Shown here one piece after another: positions 9,018 to 17,778 of a DNA stretch of 64,000 nucleotides; positions within the stretch are counted from its first letter, which is position 1, and every line of letters starts with the position of its first letter. The translations under genes were made by a program, and so were the position numbers. A model generated the notes under the pieces. The model saw only the letters and a list, made by a program, of their open reading frames with translations. It did not search any database and was not told the origin of the DNA. The DNA is from Candidatus Binatia bacterium (lineage in GTDB: Bacteria > Desulfobacterota > Binatia > UBA12015), in NCBI GenBank assembly GCA_019749875.1, contig JAIEPK010000091.1:14398-78397 (forward strand), given 5' to 3'.

Positions 9018-10469
9018 TCAGCGAGCCCCGCGGAGCGCTGCGAGCGCGCGGAGGTAGATGCGCCGGTTCCACACGATCCAGAACGCGACCAGCGCCATCG
9101 GGATCAGCCGTGCCGTCGTTGCGTCGTCGCCCGTCGCGAGGGCGACGGCGACGGCGAATCCCGGCAGGGTCACCGCGAGCAAGCGCGCGTTGTCGGGACG
9201 AATGCGGTAGCCGAGCGCGTCTCGATGGTAGACGAAGGTCACCACCAGCGTCGCCACGTTCGCGACACAGTACGCGAATGCAGCGGCCGTGGCGCCGAGA
9301 TGCGGGAGCAGCACGAGTGCCACTGCCGCCCACCCCGCCCAGTAGAAGACGGCCTGGAACAGCAGGAAGCCCAGACGCTCACGCGGCAGCAGCGAGATGT
9401 TCATCGATTGACGGAGCATCGCCACGAGCTCGCCGCCGAGCTGCCAGACGAGCATCGGTGCCGCGGCGAGGAACGCGCGTGTGTAGAGCACCGGCACCCA
9501 GGCGTCGCGCGTGCACAGCAGCACGACGATGCCGGGCGCCAGCACGGCGAGGACGAGCTGCAGGAAGTCGTCCTGCAGCGCCTGCACCGCCGCGGGATCG
9601 TGCACCGTCGCCGCGACCTTCGGCATGCCGTAGGTCCACAGCGAGGCGCTCAGGATGCCGAGGTAGTTCTGCCCGACCTGCCAGGCGACCTGATAGTAGC
9701 CGTTCGCCTCGGCACCGAAGCTGCCGATGATCGCTCCGCGCACCAGGAGCGCCGCGCCGGTCGCGACCATGCTGGTCGCCGCGAGCGCACCGGCGAGGCG
9801 AAACAGACGCCGCACGATGACGGGATCGAGGCTCTGCACGCGGATCCGGATCCCGCGCGGCCGCAGGACGAAGCGCCACACGAGCCATCCGCCGATCACG
9901 ACGCTCGCGCCCTCCGCGATCGCCAGGGCCGCGACGGCGCCCATCAAGCCAAAGAGCCGCACCAGCACGATGGTCGCGCCGAGACCGATCAACGAGTCCG
10001 CGATCGCGAGCTGCGCGTAAGCACGAAACTGCAGCGCACCGGAGAGAATGCGGAACACCAGCACCGCCGGCACCGCGAACACGAGCCCGATCGCTGCGAT
10101 GACGATCAGCGGGGCCAGGCTCGCGTCGTGAAACACCAGCCCCGCGACCCACGGCGCAACGAGGACGGCACCGCCGCCGAGCAGCAGCGCGAGGCCGCCG
10201 AAGAGCGCGAACGACGTCGCGAGGAGCCGCTCCAGCGTGCGCCGATCGTCGCGACCGACCGCCTCGGCGACCAGCTTGAGAAAGCCGTTGCCCACCCCGA
10301 GCAGCGCCGCTTGCCGCAGCACGTCCTGCAGCACGACGGTCTGTGCGACGAGACCGGTCCCGGCCGGACCGAGCAGTGCGGCGACGATCTTCACGCGCGT
10401 CGCGCCGATGACCATGAGGACGAGCTGCTGGCCGCTCAGCAGACCGATGGAACGGACGAGCTCGCTCAC
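9018..10469 (-). CDS. Polysaccharide biosynthesis flippase-like membrane protein (MOP/Wzx superfamily)
   Basis: 483 aa with about 12-14 hydrophobic segments throughout, typical of Wzx/MurJ-type transporters. Confidence 0.65.
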   Translation of the reverse strand: MSELVRSIGLLSGQQLVLMVIGATRVKIVAALLGPAGTGLVAQTVVLQDVLRQAALLGVGNGFLKLVAEAVGRDDRRTLERLLATSFALFGGLALLLGGGAVLVAPWVAGLVFHDASLAPLIVIAAIGLVFAVPAVLVFRILSGALQFRAYAQLAIADSLIGLGATIVLVRLFGLMGAVAALAIAEGASVVIGGWLVWRFVLRPRGIRIRVQSLDPVIVRRLFRLAGALAATSMVATGAALLVRGAIIGSFGAEANGYYQVAWQVGQNYLGILSASLWTYGMPKVAATVHDPAAVQALQDDFLQLVLAVLAPGIVVLLCTRDAWVPVLYTRAFLAAAPMLVWQLGGELVAMLRQSMNISLLPRERLGFLLFQAVFYWAGWAAVALVLLPHLGATAAAFAYCVANVATLVVTFVYHRDALGYRIRPDNARLLAVTLPGFAVAVALATGDDATTARLIPMALVAFWIVWNRRIYLRALAALRGAR

Positions 10470-10535
10470 CGGGGTCTCGGGCTAGCAGCGCGCTCGGGCG
10501 TACCACAAGGTCGCACCGACCCGAGGCGATCCCTG

Positions 10536-10880
10536 TCAATGCGTCAGACGGGCGCCTCCCAGCGCGTCGAAGTTGACGACGGCATCGCCCTCGCCGTCGA
10601 CGACCGAAACGATGCCCTGCGGCACGGCATGCTGCCAGGTGACCGCCCACTCTTCCGCCGCCGCGCGCCGCTGCTCGGCGGGTACGTCCCGCCAGCGCTC
10701 GCCGACCTGCACCAGCAGCAGACGCGGTAGGCCATCGAGCCGGTGCACGTCCACGATCCCGTACGCCTCGCGCAGCGCCGGAGCGCGCAGCTGCGCCACC
10801 ACCTCGTCGGCCGACACCGTGTGCGCACGCGCCGCCGTCCCGAGCACGAGCAGCCCCGTGCCGAGAACGACGGCGCGCAC
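10536..10880 (-). CDS. Small hypothetical protein with an N-terminal hydrophobic signal-like segment
   Basis: C-terminal in-frame part of table ORF 10536..12278. The rest of that ORF is antisense to the large gene. GTG start inferred at 10880 (VRAVVLGTGLLVLGTAARA...). Confidence 0.3.
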   Translation of the reverse strand: MRAVVLGTGLLVLGTAARAHTVSADEVVAQLRAPALREAYGIVDVHRLDGLPRLLLVQVGERWRDVPAEQRRAAAEEWAVTWQHAVPQGIVSVVDGEGDAVVNFDALGGARLTH

Positions 10881-10912
10881 CAGGCGTGCGATCCGTCGTC
10901 GGCCGTGCGCCG

Positions 10913-13900
10913 TCAGTGCGCCGCTCCGGCCGCCTTCGCGCGATCGGCCTCGAGCTGCTTCACCTCCTCGGGCGGCAGCTGCTGACGGAGCGCCGCGTCG
11001 GCGGCGTCGGCCGGGATGCTGAAGCGATAGAGCGGGAAGTAGTCGCCGGTCGAGGTGTTCTTGTCGCGCTGGACCTTCTCGGCGAGCTCCTTCCCGGTCA
11101 CGACGGTACCGTCGGCGAGAACGTTGTCGCTGCCGTGCGCGCTCGCTTCGCGCGGCAACGTCAGCGCCGCGAGCGTGCTCGACAGCCAGCCGCGCAACGA
11201 CGCGAGCCACGTCTGATCCGCCCGCTCGAGGCGCGCGAATGCCGGGAGCTCGTCGTGCAGCAGCGTCGCCGTCGCCATGACCGGCAGACCGGGCGAATCG
11301 AAGCCGTCGCCGGCGAGGTCGACGAAGATGGGATTGGTGAAGCCGAGCGGGATCATGCCCGGCACGATCTTGTCGATGAGCGCGTCGGGCGTCGGCAGCG
11401 GCGACAGCTTCGCGCCCGCCTCGACGATGAAGTAGGTGTCGACCGCGAGGTTGACCGGGATCTCTGCGTCGAAGCGCGTGATCTTGCCGAGCGCCTGGCT
11501 GAACGGGCTCGCGGGCGGCGCGCCCACCTTCGGCGACGTGGTCGCGTCGAAGGTCAGCGTGGTGAAGCCGTTCGCGATCACGCGCACCTGGTCGACCGGA
11601 ATCCAGTTCGCGGCCTGCACCTCGATGCGCAGCCGCACCGTGCCGCTCGCCGGCACCAGTGTGCCGCCGAGCCCCGCCGAGGCGCCGATCGTGTCGAGCA
11701 CGGAGAAGCGGATGAACGGGCCGGTGGTCGCCATCATGTTGGCGGCCTTCACGTTCGCGTTGAAGGTCGTCGGGTCGAGCGTCGCGGGATCGTCGCCTGC
11801 GCCGCCGACGTACGTCCGCGCGTAGCCCGCGCTCTCGAGCGTGACCCGGTGCGAGTCCGAGGTGCCCGTGCCGCCGATGAACGGCACCGTCGGCGGATCG
11901 ATCTGGTTCAGCAGCGACAGCCAGTCGCGCCGCACCGCGATGTACGCCGGGATCTCGGTGCCGTTGAGGATCTCCATGACGTCGAAGTCGATGTTGCGCA
12001 GCCCGTCCGGGTTCGACACGCCCGACGTGCCCGGTCCGGTGACGTCGTCGTCGAGCAGCATGTCGTTGGGCGACGCCGCGAGCGGCAGGCTCGGGTCGTA
12101 ACCGAAGTTGTTGAAGAAGCCGATCGAGGTGATGCCGGAGACGCCGGCACGCACGTGGTTGTACTGGAGGACCTGCGCTCCCTGATCGCGCAGGCGCTTG
12201 AAGATCCAGTTCGGGGCGACGAACTCGTCCTCGATCGCGCCGTCGCGGCGTGCGTTCGCCTGCACGGTGAGCGGCCACGCGTTGATGTGTCCGGTGCTGT
12301 CCGGGAACGCGGGCGGGTTCGGCACCGAGCCCGTGACCTCGTTCCCGACCATGGACGTGATGCGGCTGCCGAGGTTCAGGTTGGCGATGATCGGCGCGTA
12401 ATCGACCTGGTAGTCGTGGTCGGTGCTGACCATCACCTCGACTCCCTCCGCCGCGAAGCCCGCGACGCGGTCCTGCAGCGGTGCGGTCGAGTCGAGGCTG
12501 CGCGCGGAGTGGATGTGGAAGTCGCCGGAGACGAAGCCGGCGGTGTCGACGGAGCGTCGCAAGCGGAAGTTGATCTTGCGCGTGCGCTGCGCGCGGACGT
12601 TGACGATCTTGCGGCGCAGCGAGTACTCGGGTCCGCGCGAGGCGTAGATTTCGTACTTGCCGGGACGCAGCTGCACGGTGCCGCTGCCGCTCGCGAGGAA
12701 GACCCAGTTCGCCTGCGCGGGTCCGCCGCCGAAGGTCTCCATGCGCAGGTCGACGTCCGGCCCGACGGTCGGGTCGCCGATCGCGATCACGTCGCTCTTG
12801 AAGCGCGGATCGACCGTGGGAGCCACGCCCTTGATGGTGATCTTCGCCGGCATGGCCGGATCGGGGCCGGCGACGGTCTCGAGGACCTTGAGATCGAGCG
12901 TGGCGAGCGCGCTCAGCTCCGGAACGGTCACTGCCGTGTTCGCCGCCGCATTGACCACGACGCCGGTCACGGTCACCGGGTCGCGCTCCGGCGAGCGAAC
13001 CTCGAGGCTGTACGTTCCGACCGGCAGCACGATTCCCGAGAACGCCCCGGTCGCGCTGGTGCGGAACTGCGTCACCGGCGTTCCGGGGCCGAAGACCGGC
13101 AGCGCGGCACCGCCGGTGCGTGTCGCGATGACGCTCGCGGCGACGTCGGTGGCGTCGGCGGCGTCGACCTCGCCCGAGATCGTCCCGGTCGCGAAACCGC
13201 GTCGTGCGGCGATCTCGGTGATCATCGGGTTCGCGACCGCCGCGACGTCGTTCTTGCTGCCGACGTAGATCCGCCGCTTGTACGTGAGGACGCCGCCGGG
13301 CTGCAGCGTCCCGAGCGGCGAGTTGCCGAATGCCGTCAGCAGATTGCTGCTCACCCCGAAGAGCGAATTGACGGCGGCAACCACCGGCGGATTCGGGCCC
13401 GCGCCGTCCTGGTCGATCGACGCCTCGTCACCGAGGATGCCGTAGGCGTTCTCGCCCGCGACCAGGTTGTTCGCCGGGTCGATGATCCCGTCCCCGGGGC
13501 CGGCGAGACCGGGCGCCGCAGCGAACGGCGGCAGCTCCAGTGCCGCCGCGATGTTCGAGAAGTCGAGCACCGCGTGCTTGAAGCCCTTGCCCGCGACCGG
13601 CGAGAACGGCACCTGCGCGCGTTGCGTCCACAGGCTCACATCGAGGAACCCGCCCAGCCCGGACGCCGGGTTGGTCGGATGGTTGTTGGTCACCGTCGTG
13701 GTGACGGTCAAGTACGGATCGGCGTTCGCCGCGGTGTACTCGGTCACGACGACCAGGTCGCTCGGCGGGACCGGCGTGGCGCCCTGATCGAAGCCGAGCA
13801 GATTGCCCGTGCAGGTGATCGTCGCCGAGGTCGGCGTCGACGACGCGCTCACGCCCGAGTAGACGATGAAGTTGCTCGTGCTCAGGCCCCCGACGGTGAA

Positions 13901-14242
13901 GATCTGCGTCAGGTGGTCGTTGTTCTGACCGTTGTTGCCGAGGTCGAGGACCGAGCAGCCCGAGAGCGCGAACTCGCTGACCTTGGGCGGTGCGGCCGGT
14001 CCGAGCAGCGGCACGAGATCGTCCTGCGGCCCGACGTCGTCGACGATCGCCTGGACCACGCCGTTCGAGACGTACCAGTCGTCGATGCCGCCATCCGCGT
14101 CGGTGCCCGCGAACAGGACCGAGGCCGCGTTCCCGGCGGTCACCCGCGTCGCGATCGGACTCGCCGTCGCGGGCGCGCTCGCAACGAGCAGCAACGAAGC
14201 CGACGCGACGATCGCGTGGCACGAAGAGCGCAGGTTTCGCAC
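10913..14242 (-). CDS. Large secreted protein (1109 aa) with a PHP/CehA-McbA-like metal-dependent hydrolase domain
   Basis: Signal peptide MRNLRSSCHAIVASASLLLVASAPATA. Internal GDFHIHSARSLDSTAP...VMVSTDHDY PHP-like motifs. Long beta-rich Gly/Thr/Val regions. Confidence 0.65.
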   Translation of the reverse strand: MRNLRSSCHAIVASASLLLVASAPATASPIATRVTAGNAASVLFAGTDADGGIDDWYVSNGVVQAIVDDVGPQDDLVPLLGPAAPPKVSEFALSGCSVLDLGNNGQNNDHLTQIFTVGGLSTSNFIVYSGVSASSTPTSATITCTGNLLGFDQGATPVPPSDLVVVTEYTAANADPYLTVTTTVTNNHPTNPASGLGGFLDVSLWTQRAQVPFSPVAGKGFKHAVLDFSNIAAALELPPFAAAPGLAGPGDGIIDPANNLVAGENAYGILGDEASIDQDGAGPNPPVVAAVNSLFGVSSNLLTAFGNSPLGTLQPGGVLTYKRRIYVGSKNDVAAVANPMITEIAARRGFATGTISGEVDAADATDVAASVIATRTGGAALPVFGPGTPVTQFRTSATGAFSGIVLPVGTYSLEVRSPERDPVTVTGVVVNAAANTAVTVPELSALATLDLKVLETVAGPDPAMPAKITIKGVAPTVDPRFKSDVIAIGDPTVGPDVDLRMETFGGGPAQANWVFLASGSGTVQLRPGKYEIYASRGPEYSLRRKIVNVRAQRTRKINFRLRRSVDTAGFVSGDFHIHSARSLDSTAPLQDRVAGFAAEGVEVMVSTDHDYQVDYAPIIANLNLGSRITSMVGNEVTGSVPNPPAFPDSTGHINAWPLTVQANARRDGAIEDEFVAPNWIFKRLRDQGAQVLQYNHVRAGVSGITSIGFFNNFGYDPSLPLAASPNDMLLDDDVTGPGTSGVSNPDGLRNIDFDVMEILNGTEIPAYIAVRRDWLSLLNQIDPPTVPFIGGTGTSDSHRVTLESAGYARTYVGGAGDDPATLDPTTFNANVKAANMMATTGPFIRFSVLDTIGASAGLGGTLVPASGTVRLRIEVQAANWIPVDQVRVIANGFTTLTFDATTSPKVGAPPASPFSQALGKITRFDAEIPVNLAVDTYFIVEAGAKLSPLPTPDALIDKIVPGMIPLGFTNPIFVDLAGDGFDSPGLPVMATATLLHDELPAFARLERADQTWLASLRGWLSSTLAALTLPREASAHGSDNVLADGTVVTGKELAEKVQRDKNTSTGDYFPLYRFSIPADAADAALRQQLPPEEVKQLEADRAKAAGAAH

Positions 14243-14366
14243 GGTTTCCCTCCCGACCTGCCCTGTGGGCGTTGTGGATCGGGGCGGAACCTATAAGCGC
14301 AGCTGCGCGCCGTGCAACCGAAAATTCATCGCGCGATCGTCCACGCGCGATCCGGCAGACCGGCGG

Positions 14367-15329
14367 CTACCAGCGACGGATCGGACCGCTGTCGAGGTGC
14401 AGGAAGCCCTCCGACGGGTAGTACCCCACACCGCCGGCGCGCATCGCGACCGCGACGTTGCGCAGCTGCCGGATGTCGCGACCGGGCAGCTGAATGTCGA
14501 TCGCCTGCCCCGTCATGTGGTAGCTGTGCTCGGCGACGCGGCCGCTGATCCTGCGGTAGCTCTCGTTCGTCGCCGGCGAGCGATAGCCCGAGAACACGTG
14601 GAACGGCTCGGTGCTGCCGAGCGCCCGGCGCAGGTCGAACAGCTGGTTCAGCACGCGCGGATCGAACTGGCAGATCTCGTCGTTGTGGTAGTCGCGCAGC
14701 AGGTGGTCGATCGCCTCGAGCGCGCCCGGCTCATAGCGGCCGTCGACGAAGTAGTCGACGTTGAGGCCCTCGCCGGTATGCACGCAGTAGAACGAAAGCT
14801 CCCGGCTCTCCGGCGCGTCCGCTCCGAACGAGAACGGTCGCGTCGGTGCGAAGTCTTCCGGTAGCGCGATCTCGGACTCGCGCTCGACCTCCTCGGCGCG
14901 TGCCGTCGTGACGACACGCCCGCGCGGAGTTTCGCGACGTGAGGCGACGCTGCTGCCCCCCTTCGACGCAGGCTCGGGCCTGCGGCTGGCGAGCTTGTCC
15001 GTCCCCTTGCGACCGGCCTTCGCCGTGCTCGTCGTCTTGCTGCTCGACGCCTGCGAACCCTTGCCTGCGGGCTTGCCGCTGCCCGCCTTCGCCGAGGTCC
15101 GCGACGTGCTGGAGCTTGCCTGCGACGCGCTCTTCGCGCCCTGCTTCGCCGGAGTTGCCGCCCTTCCGGTCGTACCGGTCGCCGCTTTCTTCACGGCGTT
15201 CGAGACCTTGGCGGCAAACGAAAGTTCCGGAAGAAGCAGGAGGCTTGCGACCACTCCCCCGCCGAGCCAGATGAACTGCCGCCGGCTCGCGGAAGACACA
15301 CCCATCCCCTCCAGTTCCGGTTCCGTCAT
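14367..15329 (-). CDS. DUF882 / peptidase M15-like Tat-secreted protein (YcbK/MepK family murein endopeptidase)
   Basis: GGGAGGGGG RBS then ATG at 15329. Tat motif SRRQFIWLGGG. C-terminal ...HSYHMTGQAIDI...GGVGYYPSEGFLHLD matches DUF882. Adjacent to an L,D-transpeptidase as in E. coli ycbB-ycbK. Confidence 0.85.
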   Translation of the reverse strand: MTEPELEGMGVSSASRRQFIWLGGGVVASLLLLPELSFAAKVSNAVKKAATGTTGRAATPAKQGAKSASQASSSTSRTSAKAGSGKPAGKGSQASSSKTTSTAKAGRKGTDKLASRRPEPASKGGSSVASRRETPRGRVVTTARAEEVERESEIALPEDFAPTRPFSFGADAPESRELSFYCVHTGEGLNVDYFVDGRYEPGALEAIDHLLRDYHNDEICQFDPRVLNQLFDLRRALGSTEPFHVFSGYRSPATNESYRRISGRVAEHSYHMTGQAIDIQLPGRDIRQLRNVAVAMRAGGVGYYPSEGFLHLDSGPIRRW

Positions 15330-15535
15330 TCCCCCTCCCTGGGATTGATCGCACCGTGGCGACCCGGGCTCCCTCCCCCGGCTCACCCCTGCGTGGCGTC
15401 GTTCGTACAACACGAGGCTCCGGAGGTCCAGCCTCGGAAGCGATTTTTCGGGCCTCGCCCCGACCGACGGGTCAGGCCCGGAGCGCGCGGGGAGCGGGTC
15501 GCGGCGTCAAGAGTTTATTTTACTTGACGAGAGGC

Positions 15536-17278
15536 TCAAGGCTCGGCCTCGGCGACGCGCGCCACCGGAGCTGCATCGCCGGGCTGCGTCGCGCTGCCGG
15601 CGACCGGACGGATCGAGCGCGGCTTCGCGAGATCGCGCGCCAGCTCGGCGTCGCTGTCGTAGATGTCCTCGCGGAACTGCACCGTGCCGTCGTGATCGCG
15701 CCAGGCGGTCGCATAGACGATGTGCACGGGAACCGGCGAGTGCAGGTTCACGTTGCGCGTGCTCCAGTCGGAAAGAGCCTGCTTGCGCTTCCCCTCGTCC
15801 CATTCCGGCATGTCGCCGAGCAGGGCAGCGGCGAGCGCCGGGGCGTTGCCGACGCGCACGCAGCCGTGCGACAGCGAGCGCGACGTCAGCCGAAACTTGT
15901 CCTTGTTCGGCGTGTCGTGCAGGTACACGCCGAACGGATTGGGCATGTTGAACTTGACGCGGCCGAGCGGGTTCTTCGGCCCCGGAGCTTGCCGCAGCCG
16001 GCGCGGCGTGGTGACGACGCCGCCACCGTCGGTGATCCCGGAGCCCGCCGACGCGACCCGCGTGCCGCCGCGCCACGAGATGCCCTGCGCCGCGAAGTAG
16101 CCGCCGTCCGCCATGGCGCGCGGGATCAGCTCCTCGGCCGCGATGCGCGGCGGGACGTTCCACGGCGGGTTGTAGACCAGGTGCCGGATCTCGCTGCTGA
16201 AGACCGGCGTCTGCCAGGTCGGCTTGCCGACGATGACCGGCATCTCGAGCGTGGTCGTGCCGCGATCCTCGATGCGCAGCCGGAACTCCGGGATGTTGAT
16301 CCACACGTAGCGCTCGCCGAGGTCGCTCGGCAGCCAGCGCAGGCGCTCCAGATTGGCCACGATCTGATCGACACGCTGCGCCGCAGTGACGTTCAGCGCG
16401 TCTCGGGTCATGTTGCCGATCGTGCCGTCCGGGGTCAGCCCGTGACGCTTCTGGAACGACTTGACCGCCGCTTCGAGGTGCTTGTCGTAGAGGTCGCGCT
16501 GCGCCGCAGGCGGCACCGCGTCTGCGGCGAGGTCACCGCTGGCGAGCAGTCGATCGCGGACGCGACGCACGCTCGGGTCGATGGCGCCCGGCGTGAGCTT
16601 CGGCACGTCACCGACCTTCGGCCAGCCACCGCGGGCCGCGACCTGCCGGTAGTGAGCCAGGAGCTCGCGCATCGCGGCGTAGTCCGCGGTCGGCGGTGCG
16701 AGCCGCTGCATGCGCCCCGCGATCTCCACCGGCGGCGCCGCCGCGAGATCCAGCGCGATGGGCACCGGATCCGGATCGACCACCATGGGCTCGATCTCGG
16801 GGATCGCGACGCGCGGCCGCCGGGCGCCGGTACGCACGTGAACGCCGTAGCGCATCACCGCCTCGCTGAGCAGCAGGTCGAGCTCGGCGCGCCGCAGGGG
16901 CTCGGTGGCACCGCGTCGCGCCTCGATCAGCGCGATCCGGTAGGCCTGCGGCTCGAGCCCGTCGGCATCGACGTGCCGCAGGAACTCGACCACCGCGTCG
17001 ATGCGCGCATTGGCATCGGGAGCGGTGACCCAGAGCGCTGCCGACGCTCGCGTGTCGTAAAGTGCGCGCAGCGCCGCGACGTCGAGCTTGGTCCCGTCGA
17101 TGGACAGCGGGACCGGATCGGACAGCGACTGCGCGATCAACGGCGACAGCTCGTCGGCGCGCGCCGGCCGTGCGGCCAGGCCCAGCAGCAAGCCTTGCGC
17201 GAGCAGGATGGCGCACAGCCACCCGCGCCGCCTCCCGGCGCGACCACCCCCCGCACGCTGCATGACCCCGCGGCCCAT
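15536..17278 (-). CDS. L,D-transpeptidase (YkuD domain) with N-terminal peptidoglycan-binding region, YcbB/LdtD-like
   Basis: ...YVWINIPEFRLRIED...PVIVGKPTWQTPVF...GVYLHDTP...LSHGCVRV catalytic motif. Signal peptide after M at 17278 or 17263. Table ORF starts further upstream. Confidence 0.85.
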   Translation of the reverse strand: MGRGVMQRAGGGRAGRRRGWLCAILLAQGLLLGLAARPARADELSPLIAQSLSDPVPLSIDGTKLDVAALRALYDTRASAALWVTAPDANARIDAVVEFLRHVDADGLEPQAYRIALIEARRGATEPLRRAELDLLLSEAVMRYGVHVRTGARRPRVAIPEIEPMVVDPDPVPIALDLAAAPPVEIAGRMQRLAPPTADYAAMRELLAHYRQVAARGGWPKVGDVPKLTPGAIDPSVRRVRDRLLASGDLAADAVPPAAQRDLYDKHLEAAVKSFQKRHGLTPDGTIGNMTRDALNVTAAQRVDQIVANLERLRWLPSDLGERYVWINIPEFRLRIEDRGTTTLEMPVIVGKPTWQTPVFSSEIRHLVYNPPWNVPPRIAAEELIPRAMADGGYFAAQGISWRGGTRVASAGSGITDGGGVVTTPRRLRQAPGPKNPLGRVKFNMPNPFGVYLHDTPNKDKFRLTSRSLSHGCVRVGNAPALAAALLGDMPEWDEGKRKQALSDWSTRNVNLHSPVPVHIVYATAWRDHDGTVQFREDIYDSDAELARDLAKPRSIRPVAGSATQPGDAAPVARVAEAEP

Positions 17279-17528
17279 CCACCTGACTTCCGCGTTCGAA
17301 CATACACGGCCGGCAGGACGGAGGAAGGAAAAAGAGTGGCGTGGCGGCATCACATGGCCGAACGACGCGACACGCCCCTTGCCGAGCGTCCGCTGCCGTC
17401 GAAGACGCCCTGCCGGGAACGCGCTTGCCGCACCGGGTGCTGCGTCAGGCGCGTCCGGCCGAGCCAGCCGGACGCGCCGCGCGGCGCCGTGCGAGCGACT
17501 GCCGTGCGGCGGTCGTCGTTTCGGAAAG

Positions 17529-17576
17529 TGGAGCCGAAGAGAATCGAACTCTCGACCTCTTGAATGCCATTCGGTC
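17529..17576 (-). other. tRNA 3' fragment (T-arm plus acceptor 3' strand) without a matching 5' half; candidate prophage att core (attR-like)
   Basis: Minus-strand sense ...GGTC-GAGAG-TTCGATT-CTCTT-CGGCTCC-A has a perfect T-loop consensus. No complementary GGAGCCG acceptor within tRNA distance. Its 3' end abuts host DNA (ldtD side) and its 5' side enters phage genes. Confidence 0.45.
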
Positions 17577-17778
17577 CTGTCAAGACGAGAGCCTCCTACA
17601 ACTACCGATAGGGGCGGTCCAGCCCCAGTCGGCACAACCGATGGTGTGCGTCGCATAGACGCGCGACCGGGGCGGCTCCTGACGTGAGCCGTTCTCGCAC
17701 ACTTCTGTCACACCGGGCGTCGTAGCGCCCGGCGGCGAGGTCGCTGGGTGGCGGCCTTCAGCACCGGAGGAAGCACAG

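Noticed and set aside
8028-10730. 900-aa plus ORF antisense to the creatininase and flippase genes
   Set aside because: His/Arg/Glu-rich junk. The opposite-strand genes have clear family motifs.
10544-10828. 94-aa minus ORF rich in Arg, Cys and Trp
   Set aside because: Overlaps, in another frame, the better-supported small ORF 10536..10880 and has junk-like composition.
10886-14296. 1136-aa plus ORF antisense to the secreted PHP-like protein
   Set aside because: Low-complexity Arg/Asp/Val translation. The minus strand gene has a signal peptide and domain motifs.
17529-17679. A 150-nt tRNA-like element with acceptor pairing GGAGCCG...CGGCTCCA
   Set aside because: Too long for any tRNA and lacks D and anticodon arms between the two ends. 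Interpreted instead as a 3' fragment (att core); the distal 7-mer match is probably chance.
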